NCBI GenBank assembly: GCA_002189035.1
Contig: NEEC01000014.1
Location: 62,001-126,000 of the forward strand
Origin: Utricularia gibba
Taxonomy: Eukaryota; Plantae; Magnoliophyta
Direction of reading: 5' to 3'
Length of the DNA stretch: 64,000 bases
The notes under the pieces were generated by a model. The model made no database searches. It was not told where the DNA came from and saw only the letters and a program-made list of their open reading frames with translations. This document shows, one piece after another, positions 53,152 through 64,000 of this stretch. Both the position numbers and the translations under genes were made by a program. Position 1 is the stretch's first letter; every line of letters begins with the position of its first letter.

Positions 53152-55449
53152 TTACAGTTTTAAAGCAGCGATGGCTTCGGGCTTGAACTCGATTCTGAGG
53201 GACAACACTCTCCGCACTTCCGCCGGAGTGAGTCTCCATGTCATGGGGCCTGCGTTTTCACCCCAGAAGTCCAAGATCTCGGTCACCTTTTCCAAGTTCA
53301 AGATGGTAGCCATCTGCGACAGGCGGGCGAATTTGTCTCTCACCGTCCGCTGCGTCATGCTCGAGAAATGGCTCACAAGTGCTCTTGTGTCACGGTCTAG
53401 CTGAAGCCCCCCAGCTGGCTGAACCGCTTCTGCATCATGATAACTTCCAGGCGTTTCACCGTGAAATCAACCACAAGATGTATCAAGGAGTCGTAGTTGT
53501 TGGATGTCATCAGAGACCGAAGCCATGCTACATTGGTTTCCACGGAATGGAGAAGCATTTGTACCCAGGGGTCATTTACTTCGTACTCTGCATATTCTGT
53601 TTCAGAGAGTTCGTAGCTGATGGTTGCAACCGTGTCCAGAACTGGTCTGATCCGGGGTGTTACGGCTGACGCCACTTGCTCTAACCCCACACTCACCATC
53701 TTCTTCAAACTGTTGCTTGCTTCCTTCAGCTCAGAAAGGCAGGACTTTATTCTTTCTCGATCCGCAGCTGCCGGGAAGGCCTGCACGTAAGAAAGTGATG
53801 CTATCTACGTCTAACAATTTTATTAGTGCTCTGAAAACATAAAGCCGAGTTTCTGCGTACCTGGGCACATTGATCTTCAATGGCTTGATGTAACTTCAAG
53901 GCATACTCACTGCTAACATCGATGTTATTCAACGCTGTTGCGATCTCAGTCCCAGTTTTCTGAACTCCGACACCACCCACAAACAGCTTTGCCCAAGATT
54001 ACTATCTCTTATCCTCTGCTGTAACGCCTCGCTGTATTCACCTGCTAACAGACTAAAGCCATTGCTGAGAACTGCAATCACAGAGTTGATATTCAAAGTA
54101 GAAATTGCCCTCCGGAAACAATTCTTCAGGACATAGAACACATCATCCACCATGGATGTGGTGAGATCATCCAGAATCTGCCCGTCAATCTGAATGGCCT
54201 TTCTCACATTCTCCACCATGAAAAAGCCCTCCAAAATGACATAATACCCAGTGATTTCCTGAGCAACCTTGCTAAAATTGCCACTCCTGAAAGCCTTAGT
54301 CGCCTTAGGTAGCAACTCAGGATCCACAGAAGTCAAATTCCTAATCTTGGACACCATATACGCTGTATAGTTCTCACCCAACTGCGTCAGTAACATGATT
54401 TCTTCTAAATAAACCTCAATCTCTTTGGGGTCTGGCCCCTCCACCCCGACTGATAACAAGTTGCTATTGTACGAGTTAATGTCATAAGTCAGTTTCACCA
54501 ATTTCCTGAACTCCGTGAACTTCTTCAAAATACTAGAGCCCCGAGAATCACAATCATCCTGAAGCTCACAAATCGCATAAACAATCCCATCTTCGCCACA
54601 TAAGTTGCTTAAAATCTCCGTATTGTTCTCTATAGCTAACACTATATCCTTAAATAAATTTGTCAAGCAAGCTACGAAATCCACCTGAGTTTCGCCGTTT
54701 GGTCGATCCATGATTTCGACCAATTGTTCGAACTCCATCTTTGACCTAGAGGAGATGACCTTTTTCAAGTAGCTCACATAAACTTGCAAGCCTTCATCTT
54801 CAATTCCCAACGGTGTATACAGTTTGATGAAGCGTAGAATAGTTGAATGATCCCGCTGATCCACAGCGGACAAGAGCTTCTTCTTCACGATACCCTCCAA
54901 TTGCTTTTTATACGATAGGAGTTGCTCACGCTGATCAGAAGCGGAAGAGTCCTTGAATTTGGAGTCAATCTGGAGAAAAGTTTGGATATAGGACGCGGCC
55001 GATTCGAAATCCTCAGAAATTAGAGACTTGTTAACCCCATCCAGACAATTCGAACGGTCCACAATAGCATCGATGCGTAGAAGCGTGTCCTGCACACGCG
55101 ACTGGGCGAGATCGAGGTGGCGCACCTTGGCGGAAACCTGATCCGCGAGTGCGGCGGTGGAAGCCACCTTGGAGAGCATGTCGGAGGAATCAAGCGTCAA
55201 AATCTCCAATACCTCTGCGGATTTTCTCAAAATGGAGACCTGGTCGTCCAGTTCATAGCGCTGGGAGAGCAAAGTCTCCAGTTCGAGGTCTACCCCACGC
55301 TGGTAGGCGATGCATTCGTGGAGAAGACGATTCATTGCACCGACGTCGGTTAGTCTCCGTACGTGTTCGAGCGCCTTGTCCGTTCCGAACTCAATAGACG
55401 TGAATCCAACCTCTGATTCAACTGACGCCGGCGGCGGGGCGGAAGCCAT
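53152..55449 (-). CDS. COG4: Conserved oligomeric Golgi complex subunit 4, 2 exons
   Basis: [52 protein letters not shown] and [19 protein letters not shown]. Two apparent -1 indels at 53992-53994 and 53407-53412. Confidence 0.92.
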
Positions 55450-55519
55450 AGCCCGGCGTAGCTAAAGCCGAATCACCAATGTGTATCTCTGTCAACGCGG
55501 AACCGAAGCCGGGTTCGTG

Positions 55520-55526
55520 ATTTATA
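55520..55526 (-). promoter_or_regulatory. TATA box of COG4
   Basis: Minus strand CCCCTATAAAT lies about 70 nt upstream of the COG4 ATG. Confidence 0.55.
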
Positions 55527-56000
55527 GGGGAAAACGACGCCGTTGTGACGTGTCATTAGGCCATATTTCGCCGTACAGCCCACAAGCGTGATATTTATCG
55601 AATTCTTCGAGGCCCATCGGCCCATTCATCTGACAACGGACTTACCACGTGGGACCCGCTTCATTGCGGCCGGTCCCCCCCCCGCAATCCACGCGAGTCC
55701 TCTGCAAGTCTACTGTGCTAGATCTGGGTCCCACCACCTCCTCCTCCTCCTCCTCAGGATCCGAAAGGTTAGCAGATAACTCGCCGTGTTTGACCGCCAA
55801 TGGCGCAAAAGGCCCCGTTTTTATTTTCTCTTTTGCTAATGAAATTGTGAAATGTAGAGAAAAAGGAAAATACAACCGATATGGTTCGTGGTGAGAAACA
55901 AAAAATGGGGCGAAGAACTCACTCACGGAGAGGACGCCAGAACGGAAGTTCCCTCATTTGTAGTGGGAGAAGAAGAATGCGTGTGGTGGATGGAGGGTTA

Positions 56001-56097
56001 AGAAGCCATGTCGGAGAAGTGAAGCACGTGCAAACCGCTAGCCGGAGGCCGATGAGGAGGAGAAGTTGCACGTGCCCTGCTTCTCCAACGAGGCTTA
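56001..56097 (-). ncRNA. MIR164: MIR164 precursor hairpin
   Basis: Exact mature UGGAGAAGCAGGGCACGUGCA at 56087-56067, star arm CACGUGCUUCACUUCUCCGAC at 56030-56010, and lower stem AAGCC/GGCUU. Confidence 0.95.
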
Positions 56098-56866
56098 TTC
56101 CCTGGCTCGCCCCAGCAGACGAAGGTGAAGAAGAGAAGAGAGAAACGCGTAGAGGAAGGCGGGCCGGGCGTGCATTTATGGACAGACGATGGTGCGTGCA
56201 ACCGCAATATAATAATACTCACCCGGCCAGGCCAGGCTAGGCCAAGCAATAAAAACAATCGCGGGCTCCTCCTCCTTTATTTCAAGCTTGCTTGCTCTTA
56301 CAGTTACATGAGTGGCTGATAAGACACTCTCGCATCGCAGCAGCAGACGAATCTTTTACTTACATCACCCGCCTTCCTACCCACGCTCACGCCTCTCTTC
56401 TCTAATCTTGTAGGTTACCCAGCCAGAAACCCCAAACACAATCATCACAGACAGGATATTATCGGGCGCATGTAAAGCTGTAGTTGGTTCACATGGAAAC
56501 CGGCGTGTCGTGTGTGCCGGAAGTAAGAAGGTAACCCAGCAGCCTGCCTGCACTGGAATTGCTTGCGGAGGTGGTGACATGACGGGGCCTGACGTCATTC
56601 ATTGCCAAGGACCCCCCGCGTGGGTATCCTGTTGATCATTCAACTAGTCCAACACGTTATCCGCTTACTTGTGATCAGGTTTTACACCCGCCATGACGCG
56701 TGGTGGTAATTAGTTGCCTCACATTTACCTGCTGACCACGCAGTTAGGAGTACTTGTTTGCAACTCTTGTACTTGTCTAAGTGAACAACAAGACACCACA
56801 AAATGGAAAACACACAGAAGATGTTACTGTAACAAAGGGACGGACACACATGATGCTTCTTGGCCT

Positions 56867-57912
56867 TCACGACCTAAGCAGCACCTCAGCGATCTTCTCA
56901 GTTGGCATCAACGGTAGATGTGAAGCCAGGCTGGATCCTCTCTCAGTGGCATGCTGCACGGTCTGGTTGTATTTCTCTGAGCAATATCGAGCTGCTGGAG
57001 CAACAGCATGCGCCACTTTAGGGAACACTGGGAGCTGGCTCAGTGACTGCCACGCGGATGCTGCGTACTGCTCTGCCACTGGTTCATACTTGTTGCGCAG
57101 ATCCTTTGCAGCCGGCTCATATTTCGTGTACATGGTCTTTGCGAAGCCGGAGGCTTTTTCGACGACACCAGAGTCCTTGACCTCGGTGATTACAGCGCGT
57201 GCAGCAGCAGGAGCCCCTCGAGCGGTGTCGATGGCTTGGGCGGATACCTGCTTCAGTGCTGGGGGCACACGGCTCTGGACCTTGTTCACGGACTCGTCAA
57301 CCTGTGACATTTCAGAATAAGAGCCAATTCTCTCGTAGCAGGTGCATCCAGTGAGTATAACATAATCCAAATCCCCATCCAAAAGCTCAGGCATGTAGGC
57401 AGTGCTAAAGATCAATAAAGAGAATCTAAACAGGACGCAACAAGCCAGAACAATGGTCTAAGCATGACACAGTACGATCATATGAAAAAAGGGGGGCAAT
57501 TCGGTTTTGGGTAACAATTTGCGGAATCAATCAAATAGATATTTACCTTTCGATCAACGAACTTGAGAACTTCCACGGGGACGCCTCGATATTTGTCGAG
57601 AACGGGACCGACGACGTTCTTCACGGTGCCTTCCACGGTAACAACACTAGGCTTCAGGGGACCCGAATTCTCCTTAGCGTAACTATAGACTCTCGCAGCG
57701 AACACCAGCGCGTGAAAAGCAGCCACCTGCACGAATTCCAAATACTTGAGCCCATCCTCCTCCTCCCCCTTCTCCGTCCTCGCCTGAAACAAGATCACCA
57801 AAAACCGATCAAAAATGGAAATCGACAAAAATAAACAAAAAAAAAAAAAACTAAATCAAAAGCGTTTTATTACAAGAAGTGGCTCATGGAGAATGGAGTC
57901 TTCTTTCGCCAT
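56867..57912 (-). CDS. LDAP: REF/SRPP-family lipid droplet-associated protein (LDAP3 type), 3 exons
   Basis: LKYLEFVQVAA, YAKENSGPLKPSVVTVEGTVK, KFVDRKVD, AEQYAASAW, YCSEKYN and LPLMPTEKI. Confidence 0.92.
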
Positions 57913-59114
57913 AATGAAACAAGGAATGAAAATATGAGAAGCAAAATGATATCTGTGAAGTCGGGCGGCGCATCCCCGTGCCTTTATAGGGGAGAATGGT
58001 TGACTCCATCACGCTAAGGAACCGCGGAGGCGGTAGGGGAAGGGTTCATTGAGGGGCTTTCTAGAAGGAATCAGACTAAAAAGATGTCCACATTTATATA
58101 ATTAATTCCGGTTGCTTCTCTCTCATGCCAATTGCCGACCCACGGAATTAAAATTCTCAAAAATATATACAAAACACGTACGGAGGCTGGAGCGAAGGAA
58201 GACCTGTGAAGAACGCGCTGCTTCCAAGTTCCAAGTTGCCTCGCTACTTCTTGGAACAAAACCTTAACACATTAGTTTATTAATATTTGATTTACTTGAA
58301 ATTAATATTTACTATTTATAAATTATCTAATTTTCTTACTTGGTTCTTAATTCATGATGAAATACAAACCCATCTATTATTCAACTAATTCAATAATACA
58401 AAAAGATAAGGCCACCTTTTTATTGTATTTCATAACCTTTTCACTTATATTCCTTTTGCTAATTACATATTTTCAATACTTCATTTTTAATTCTTTATAT
58501 TTCAGAATTATCTCATCAGAAACAAACATTTTGATAAAATTTTGGTGTTTGATTATTACTCTCTCTTATTAAAGCATATTGTCAAACGAGTTTACCAAAG
58601 GATGATATTTATGAGTATGCTAAAAGTCACATTCGTTTTTTCTTGTTTTCACTCCTTGGTAGCATTTTTTTCTACAGCGAAATAAAAGGATCTTATAGCT
58701 TCGGATACCAATTTGTACAGCAAACAACAATTTGGATATTGCCAGCTCAAGCTATTCATCTATATGATATGAGGGTTTAGGCCAGCACCGAGACATGCAA
58801 AGTCTAATGAAGATTAAATGGTCACCTCGCAAGTCCAGCTGGCGCACATGGCTCTCCCTCCCCCCTCCCTCTTTCCCAATCCAACCGCGCTTCGCCTCCA
58901 GGAAAAACGAAATGCACAACTACGCGTCTCCATACTGTCAATCAATGGCGGGATTTCACAATTCGTAGCAATCACAAGGGAATATTGGAAGGGGTACAAC
59001 TACAAGCATGCTTATGATTTATCGGGAGAGAATTGAGATGAATTCCATGTATGTTCAGACGCAGGCAAGAGCAACAACTGAATCGACGCGCAGGACACGC
59101 ATTATCAACCCCAA

Positions 59115-59483
59115 TCAGCTCCGACAAAGCGTGATGCGGCTGCATCCGCGGCGGTAGGGATTGGCCTCTGCGCCGACGCGACAATTGTAGTACGACGCTC
59201 CGCGCCGCGAGCAAGGAACATTGTTCCTCGCTAGCGCCGCGTAGCTGATGTATCGCCGCGTCGCCTGCAAGATTCTCCGATTAGACTCTGAATCCAGCCC
59301 GAAATCAAAGTTATCCTCCAGCAGGCACTCGCCGACAGTCCCTTCGCACAGGGAAGAGACCGCCGGCATCATCCACATCGTCGCCGCCGGGTCCTGGCCA
59401 ACATGCGCCATCACCGCTAACGATGCGATTAACAGGAGCGCCGGCAGAAACTTGCAGAGGACGGTCATTCGACCTCGCTTCAT
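59115..59483 (-). CDS. RALF: Rapid alkalinization factor precursor
   Basis: Signal peptide, RRIL cleavage site, YISY, VPCSRRGASYYNC and NPYRRGCSRITLC. Confidence 0.96.
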   Translation of the reverse strand: MKRGRMTVLCKFLPALLLIASLAVMAHVGQDPAATMWMMPAVSSLCEGTVGECLLEDNFDFGLDSESNRRILQATRRYISYAALARNNVPCSRRGASYYNCRVGAEANPYRRGCSRITLCRS

Positions 59484-59708
59484 TTCGACCGCTCGGTTTC
59501 TCCTCTCTCTATCTCTCCGAAAACAGAAGCCAACTGCCTAAAAGCTATCGGCAAAGAGGCACTATACTGACGTACATAATAACAAATTTGTTTAATAAAA
59601 TAACGATGATAGTGTAGTGCCTTGGGAGCAAAATTTGGCTAATTCGGGTTTAATTATTTCGATCCACAACGGTTAAATATACTTAAATTAATCGTTTTCT
59701 ATATTGAT

Positions 59709-62234
59709 TTAATTGCTTGAATTCAACAGGCTGCTGGCGGAAGCCGAGCTGCCTTGGCTCGGCCACGAATCCTGCATAGAAACAGGGGAACATGCCCTGT
59801 TCTCCTCCGTGAGCACAGCCGGCACCTCCAACCTCCGGCTACCGTACACCCCAGCTTTCCTACTTGACGATTCATCGCTCCCGTGGAGAAGGGAAGAGCA
59901 AGAAGAAAATCTTGACGATGCCATCCGCACACTATCTTCCAACGGTACCCAACTGCTGAGCTTGATCTGCTCCAGCTCCTCAGCCACTTCCATCATCGAC
60001 GGCCGCATGTCCCGGTGAAAAGAGAGGCACCGGAAAGCCAGCTCCGCGAATCTGTGCACCGATGACAGCGTCCAGGCATCCCTGTGTGGCTCAATGAAGG
60101 GATCGATGATCTCATCAATACACCCTTTTCCAATCCTTTCCACTGCCAAGGCAGCCAAGTTTACGTCTCCATGAGGCCTGCTGAAATCAACAGCCTTCAT
60201 CGCTGTTAGGATCTCCGCGAGCACAACCCCGAAGCTGTAAACATCACTTTTATCAGAAAGGTGGTAGTTCTGGTGGTACTGAGGATCGACATATCCTGGT
60301 GTTCCCTGAGGAGCTGTGGAAATGTGAGAATCCTCAGTCATGACGGATCTAGAAAGCCCGAAATCGGCTAGCTTCGAGTTGAAGTTGTTGTCCAGCAGAA
60401 TGTTGCTGGACTTGATATCTCTGTGGTATATAGGAGGGTTCACTGAAGAGTGAAGGTAGGCTATGGCATTTGCCGTTTCCGCAGCAATCGCCAGGCGGGT
60501 TGTCCATGGAAGAACATACCCCTTCTCTCTCTGTAAATGCTGAGCCAGAGTTCCATTCGACATATACTCGTACACGAGAATATGCTCCTCGTTCTCGATG
60601 CAACACCCCAGGAGACGAACCAGATTCGGATGGCCAACAGATGACAGAAGCTTGATCTCATTCTTGACTTGCTCGGAGCAGTCGTTGTCCCGATGCTTCA
60701 ACCTCTTGAATGCCAACCACTCACCATTGTGCAGTTTCCCCACGTAAACCGTTCCGTAGGCACCAGTTCCTATTCGACGTCTCTCAGAAAAGCCATTTGT
60801 GGCTCTCTCGATATCTTTGTACAGATACAAGGGGACAGAAGATTCCCCTGCAACTTCATTGATCATACGCCTTGCGCTCAATCTGCTCTTGAGAGTTGCA
60901 GACCGTTTCTTCATACAGTACACGATGGTTGTTGTTGCTGCCATCAATAAAGCTCCCATAACAATGCCTGCAAGCAAGAACACAACCATCGAGTTTACTC
61001 CTGCCTAACAGATATCTGCTGCATCAGAATGTGTGCTTGGACCAGAGAAGGAAGCAGTCACCAGCAACAAGAGGGTCGAGTCTACTCCGCAGATGTCGGC
61101 CAGAGAGGCGCTGGTGCCTTTGATCTCGAGCGCCAGGATCAGGTACTGATGATGCAAGTACGCCACCAAAAGAAAAAGAAAACCAAATTTTTAGTTCCCA
61201 GAAAAGTGAAGTTTCTGTCACTGGAAACTTCAGTTAAAAAGCAATCAAACAAAAGATTATTGCTAGAGTCTGCATAAAAGATCCTACGCAATCGTAAAAG
61301 CATATCTACAGCTCATTATGAACGTATTTTTGAGAAAGTTCAGAAAAAAGGATGGTGTAACGAAAACCCATGTTGAAGATTCGACCTTTCTCCGGTCGAG
61401 TTCAATTCCTAGAGTCAAGAACTTGGAGCAAACCCCAATCCACAAACAAATTACTGTGCAATCTGGAACAATTCAATCAACAATGGCTAAAATGTGGGTG
61501 ATCAAACCTCTCCGACAGCCTTGTCCCTTGGAGAAACCATCTCCGGCGAATCCATCGTTGCAATTGCATCGAAATCCTGGTGGAGAATTGTGGGCCAGAG
61601 TACAGCGAGCATTGGGATCGCAATCACAGGGGCCGCGAAGCCACCACCCAAGATCCAAAAATTGAAAATCCAAACTAATGGATGATCTGCTTCCGGAAGT
61701 TCCGTTTTGTATCAAATCCGCATCCACCGTAACGGCCGATACGAGAATACTGCAGTTCGCTTTTCTTCTCACTCTTTCGAAGTTCATGAACGGAGTGAAC
61801 TCATCCGCAGTCCCAACGGAATAGCAACTCACGTTGTGCACACAGTCACTACTCCCGATTTTGGACATGAGCAATAATGTGGGAATCGAGCAGTCGTGCA
61901 AGGGCTGGATACAGTTCTCAAAAAGCAAGGCGTTTCTCCATGTAGGCGCGAAGTTTTCCCCAAAGAGAGACGCCAAATCCATTATCGGGCGGTTGCATTT
62001 GGCAGGCAAAGCGACTAACATCTGTTCGCCAGTCACATTCTGAACCGAGAATTCCCCGATTCGAATCCTACCATCAGCGCTACAGTTCAACCTAATCTCG
62101 CACCCATGGGAGAAGCCAAAAGGGTAGGAAACCCGATTTTCCCCACAGACCCGCAGACACTCGGGGGTGGATGTAAAGTTGGCGGCCGCCGGAGAGAAAC
62201 AAAAAAAGAATACAAGGAATATGAATAGAGGCAT
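59709..62234 (-). CDS. WAKL14: Wall-associated receptor kinase-like 14 type, 3 exons
   Basis: GUB_WAK-like CGENRVSYPFGFSHGC, EGF-like CNCNDGFAGDG, a TM segment, and kinase IGTGAYGTVY, HRDIKSSNILL, DFGLSR and GTPGYVDPQYHQ. Confidence 0.92.
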
Positions 62235-63292
62235 GATTGAACATGGAAATGGGGTACGAAGATGAGAGTAGAGCAGACGATAGGCGTTCAAGGAAGCCAA
62301 GAGAGAGAGAGAGAGAGAGCGAAGAAAACACGGGAGACAAGTTGACCGAGCAAGGGAGCATTAAATCGGGAAATTAAGATGTACAGGTGATGTTGGTGGG
62401 AAGCCATGAATGCTTGGTTGGAGTTGGGTCCGGTCCAAGGATGATGATGATGTGTGTTAAAATGGGTGTGGAATGACAGTTCCGTCCAGCCGCTTTTTCT
62501 TACTGATACTGCACCCAGGCCAGGCCTGAGGGCACCACGACGACTCCCCCACCCCTGAAGCGGGGAAACGCGTCAACAATTGACCCCTGAATAGATAGAT
62601 ATCCTCTCCTTTGGACAGGCCCAAACATATCTAGATTGCATCGGCAGACCAGCCCGGTGTCCGAGCACTGGACCGCCCTCTTCTCCTACTACCCAAACTC
62701 AAGAATTGGGTTTGCGGGCTGATTGGTACCCTTTGCGACAGCCGAGAACGAGATTATTACAGCGGGCGACAGGCGGAATGATGATTAGGTGCTCGGTAGG
62801 AGGAGGAGACAAAGGGTACAAGACGACGTCGCAGCGACCCAGCCTGCTGCATGCCGGCCCTACCCTGCAACCAGGGCTGCCCCTGCTCAGGGAATCCGCC
62901 AACTGATTCCTTCGAGCCGCTCCCCTGCGTGTCGCAGTCTCCCAATTATTTTATTGTTACAAGAAGAGCCAAAAAGAAAAAAATCCGAATCCACACACAG
63001 AAGACAAACTCGGGTTCTCGAGGAGGGCCGCGTGCTTGCGATTGCTATGCCATCGGCAGAGGCGACCGCGACAGGCAGGCGGTGTACCGTGGAATGCGCC
63101 TTCCACGGCACCCAGTCCTCCTCCTAAAGCTGCTCTGGATTCCCCTCCAGTACATTACAAAATATTACCATGCACCACCATGGATTTGCCTCCCCATTAG
63201 TACACGTGCCTTCCCACTATAAAACCCTGTGAGCAGACTTCAAACCCCCACCACCAATCCATATCGGAAGTTGTTTTTGGTTGATCGGGAAT

Positions 63293-63811
63293 ATGGGAGG
63301 TGTGGGTGCGATAACCACCATCGAGAGGAAGCCGGCTCCCGAGCATCTTCCCTGTCCGCGCTGCAGCTCCATCAACACCAAATTCTGCTACTACAACAAC
63401 TACAACTTCTCTCAGCCACGCCACTTCTGCAAGTCCTGCCGCCGCTACTGGACCCACGGAGGCACTCTCCGCGACATCCCCGTCGGTGGCGGCACTCGTA
63501 AGAGCGCCAAACGCTCCCGCGCCGTCCCGTCCTCCGAGGAGCTCCGCCGCGCGCCGCCTGGAGGGAGCTTCACCTCGTTGCTGAATAGCAACAATAGTAA
63601 CACTCATGGAGCCGGAGTCCTAGGGCTGGGGTTCTCCCTGGACGACGTCGGTTTCGGCCTCGGAAGGCCACTATGGCCCTTGTACGGTATCGCGGAAGGT
63701 GGCGTGTCTGCTGTGGCGGCGCATGGCGATGGCGGAAACTTTGCTGGCGGAGAGTGCTTCCCTTTTGCAGATATAGCTGCTATTCCCGCCCCAGGATCGT
63801 TTTTCAAATGA
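63293..63811 (+). CDS. Dof zinc-finger transcription factor, intronless
   Basis: [47 protein letters not shown]. Confidence 0.96.
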   Translation: MGGVGAITTIERKPAPEHLPCPRCSSINTKFCYYNNYNFSQPRHFCKSCRRYWTHGGTLRDIPVGGGTRKSAKRSRAVPSSEELRRAPPGGSFTSLLNSNNSNTHGAGVLGLGFSLDDVGFGLGRPLWPLYGIAEGGVSAVAAHGDGGNFAGGECFPFADIAAIPAPGSFFK

Positions 63812-64000
63812 AGGATGTGTGTGATTGTGTGTCTCTCCGAGTGCATTAGGAGTAGGGGTGAATATGGGTGGACAAACTTGTGTTTGGAATGTTTTTGAGC
63901 CAACTCTTCTTGCCTGCACCAACCACACAAAGCGCTGCTGACATCGACAAGAGCGCAGCGCGTTGTCACCGCCGGCGCTTCGGGCGGCTCCCCTCTGGAA

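Noticed and set aside
59903-59923. miR172-like complementarity in the WAKL14 mRNA
   Set aside because: Too many G:U pairs and mismatches, including at positions 2 and 11.
62778-62910. Box C (ATGATGA) and box D (CTGA) with a short terminal stem, snoRNA-like
   Set aside because: I could identify no rRNA or snRNA guide, and such motifs are frequent by chance; it would need snoscan or small-RNA data.
63604-64000. Minus-strand ORFs at the window end
   Set aside because: No recognisable motif and truncated by the edge, so it cannot be called.

Overview
Plant (angiosperm) nuclear DNA from a very compact genome: about 20 protein-coding loci in 64 kb, mostly short introns, and only one recognisable transposon. 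In order: 3' end of an MTN-like gene, a complete but decayed Mutator (MULE) element with a perfect 10-bp TSD, a V-ATPase c-subunit pseudogene, kinesin-7, lipid phosphate phosphatase, TTC5-like TPR protein, FAB1C, PDIL2-1, CH-domain kinesin-14, PP2C, TPR3 (TOPLESS family), EGR-like PP2C, PMEI/PME, an Arg/Ser/Lys-rich protein, DUF4228/PADRE, epoxide hydrolase, COG4, LDAP/SRPP, RALF, WAKL14 and a Dof factor. The ORF track misses three non-coding elements. (1) A miR165/166 complement with a 3-nt bulge between miRNA positions 10 and 11 at 13015-13038, the geometry of a target mimic, in an otherwise unexplained intergenic unit; this is the best candidate for a new system. (2) A U4atac minor-spliceosome snRNA gene (minus strand, about 42848-43022) with USE, TATA, Sm site and 3' box; the window also holds a U12-type AT-AC intron in the kinesin-14 gene. 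(3) A MIR164 hairpin (minus strand, about 56001-56097). Eight single-base indels in G/C homopolymers break seven otherwise intact genes and are most likely long-read assembly errors. All family assignments come from recognised motifs, not database searches. Spliced-gene coordinates are start-to-stop spans.
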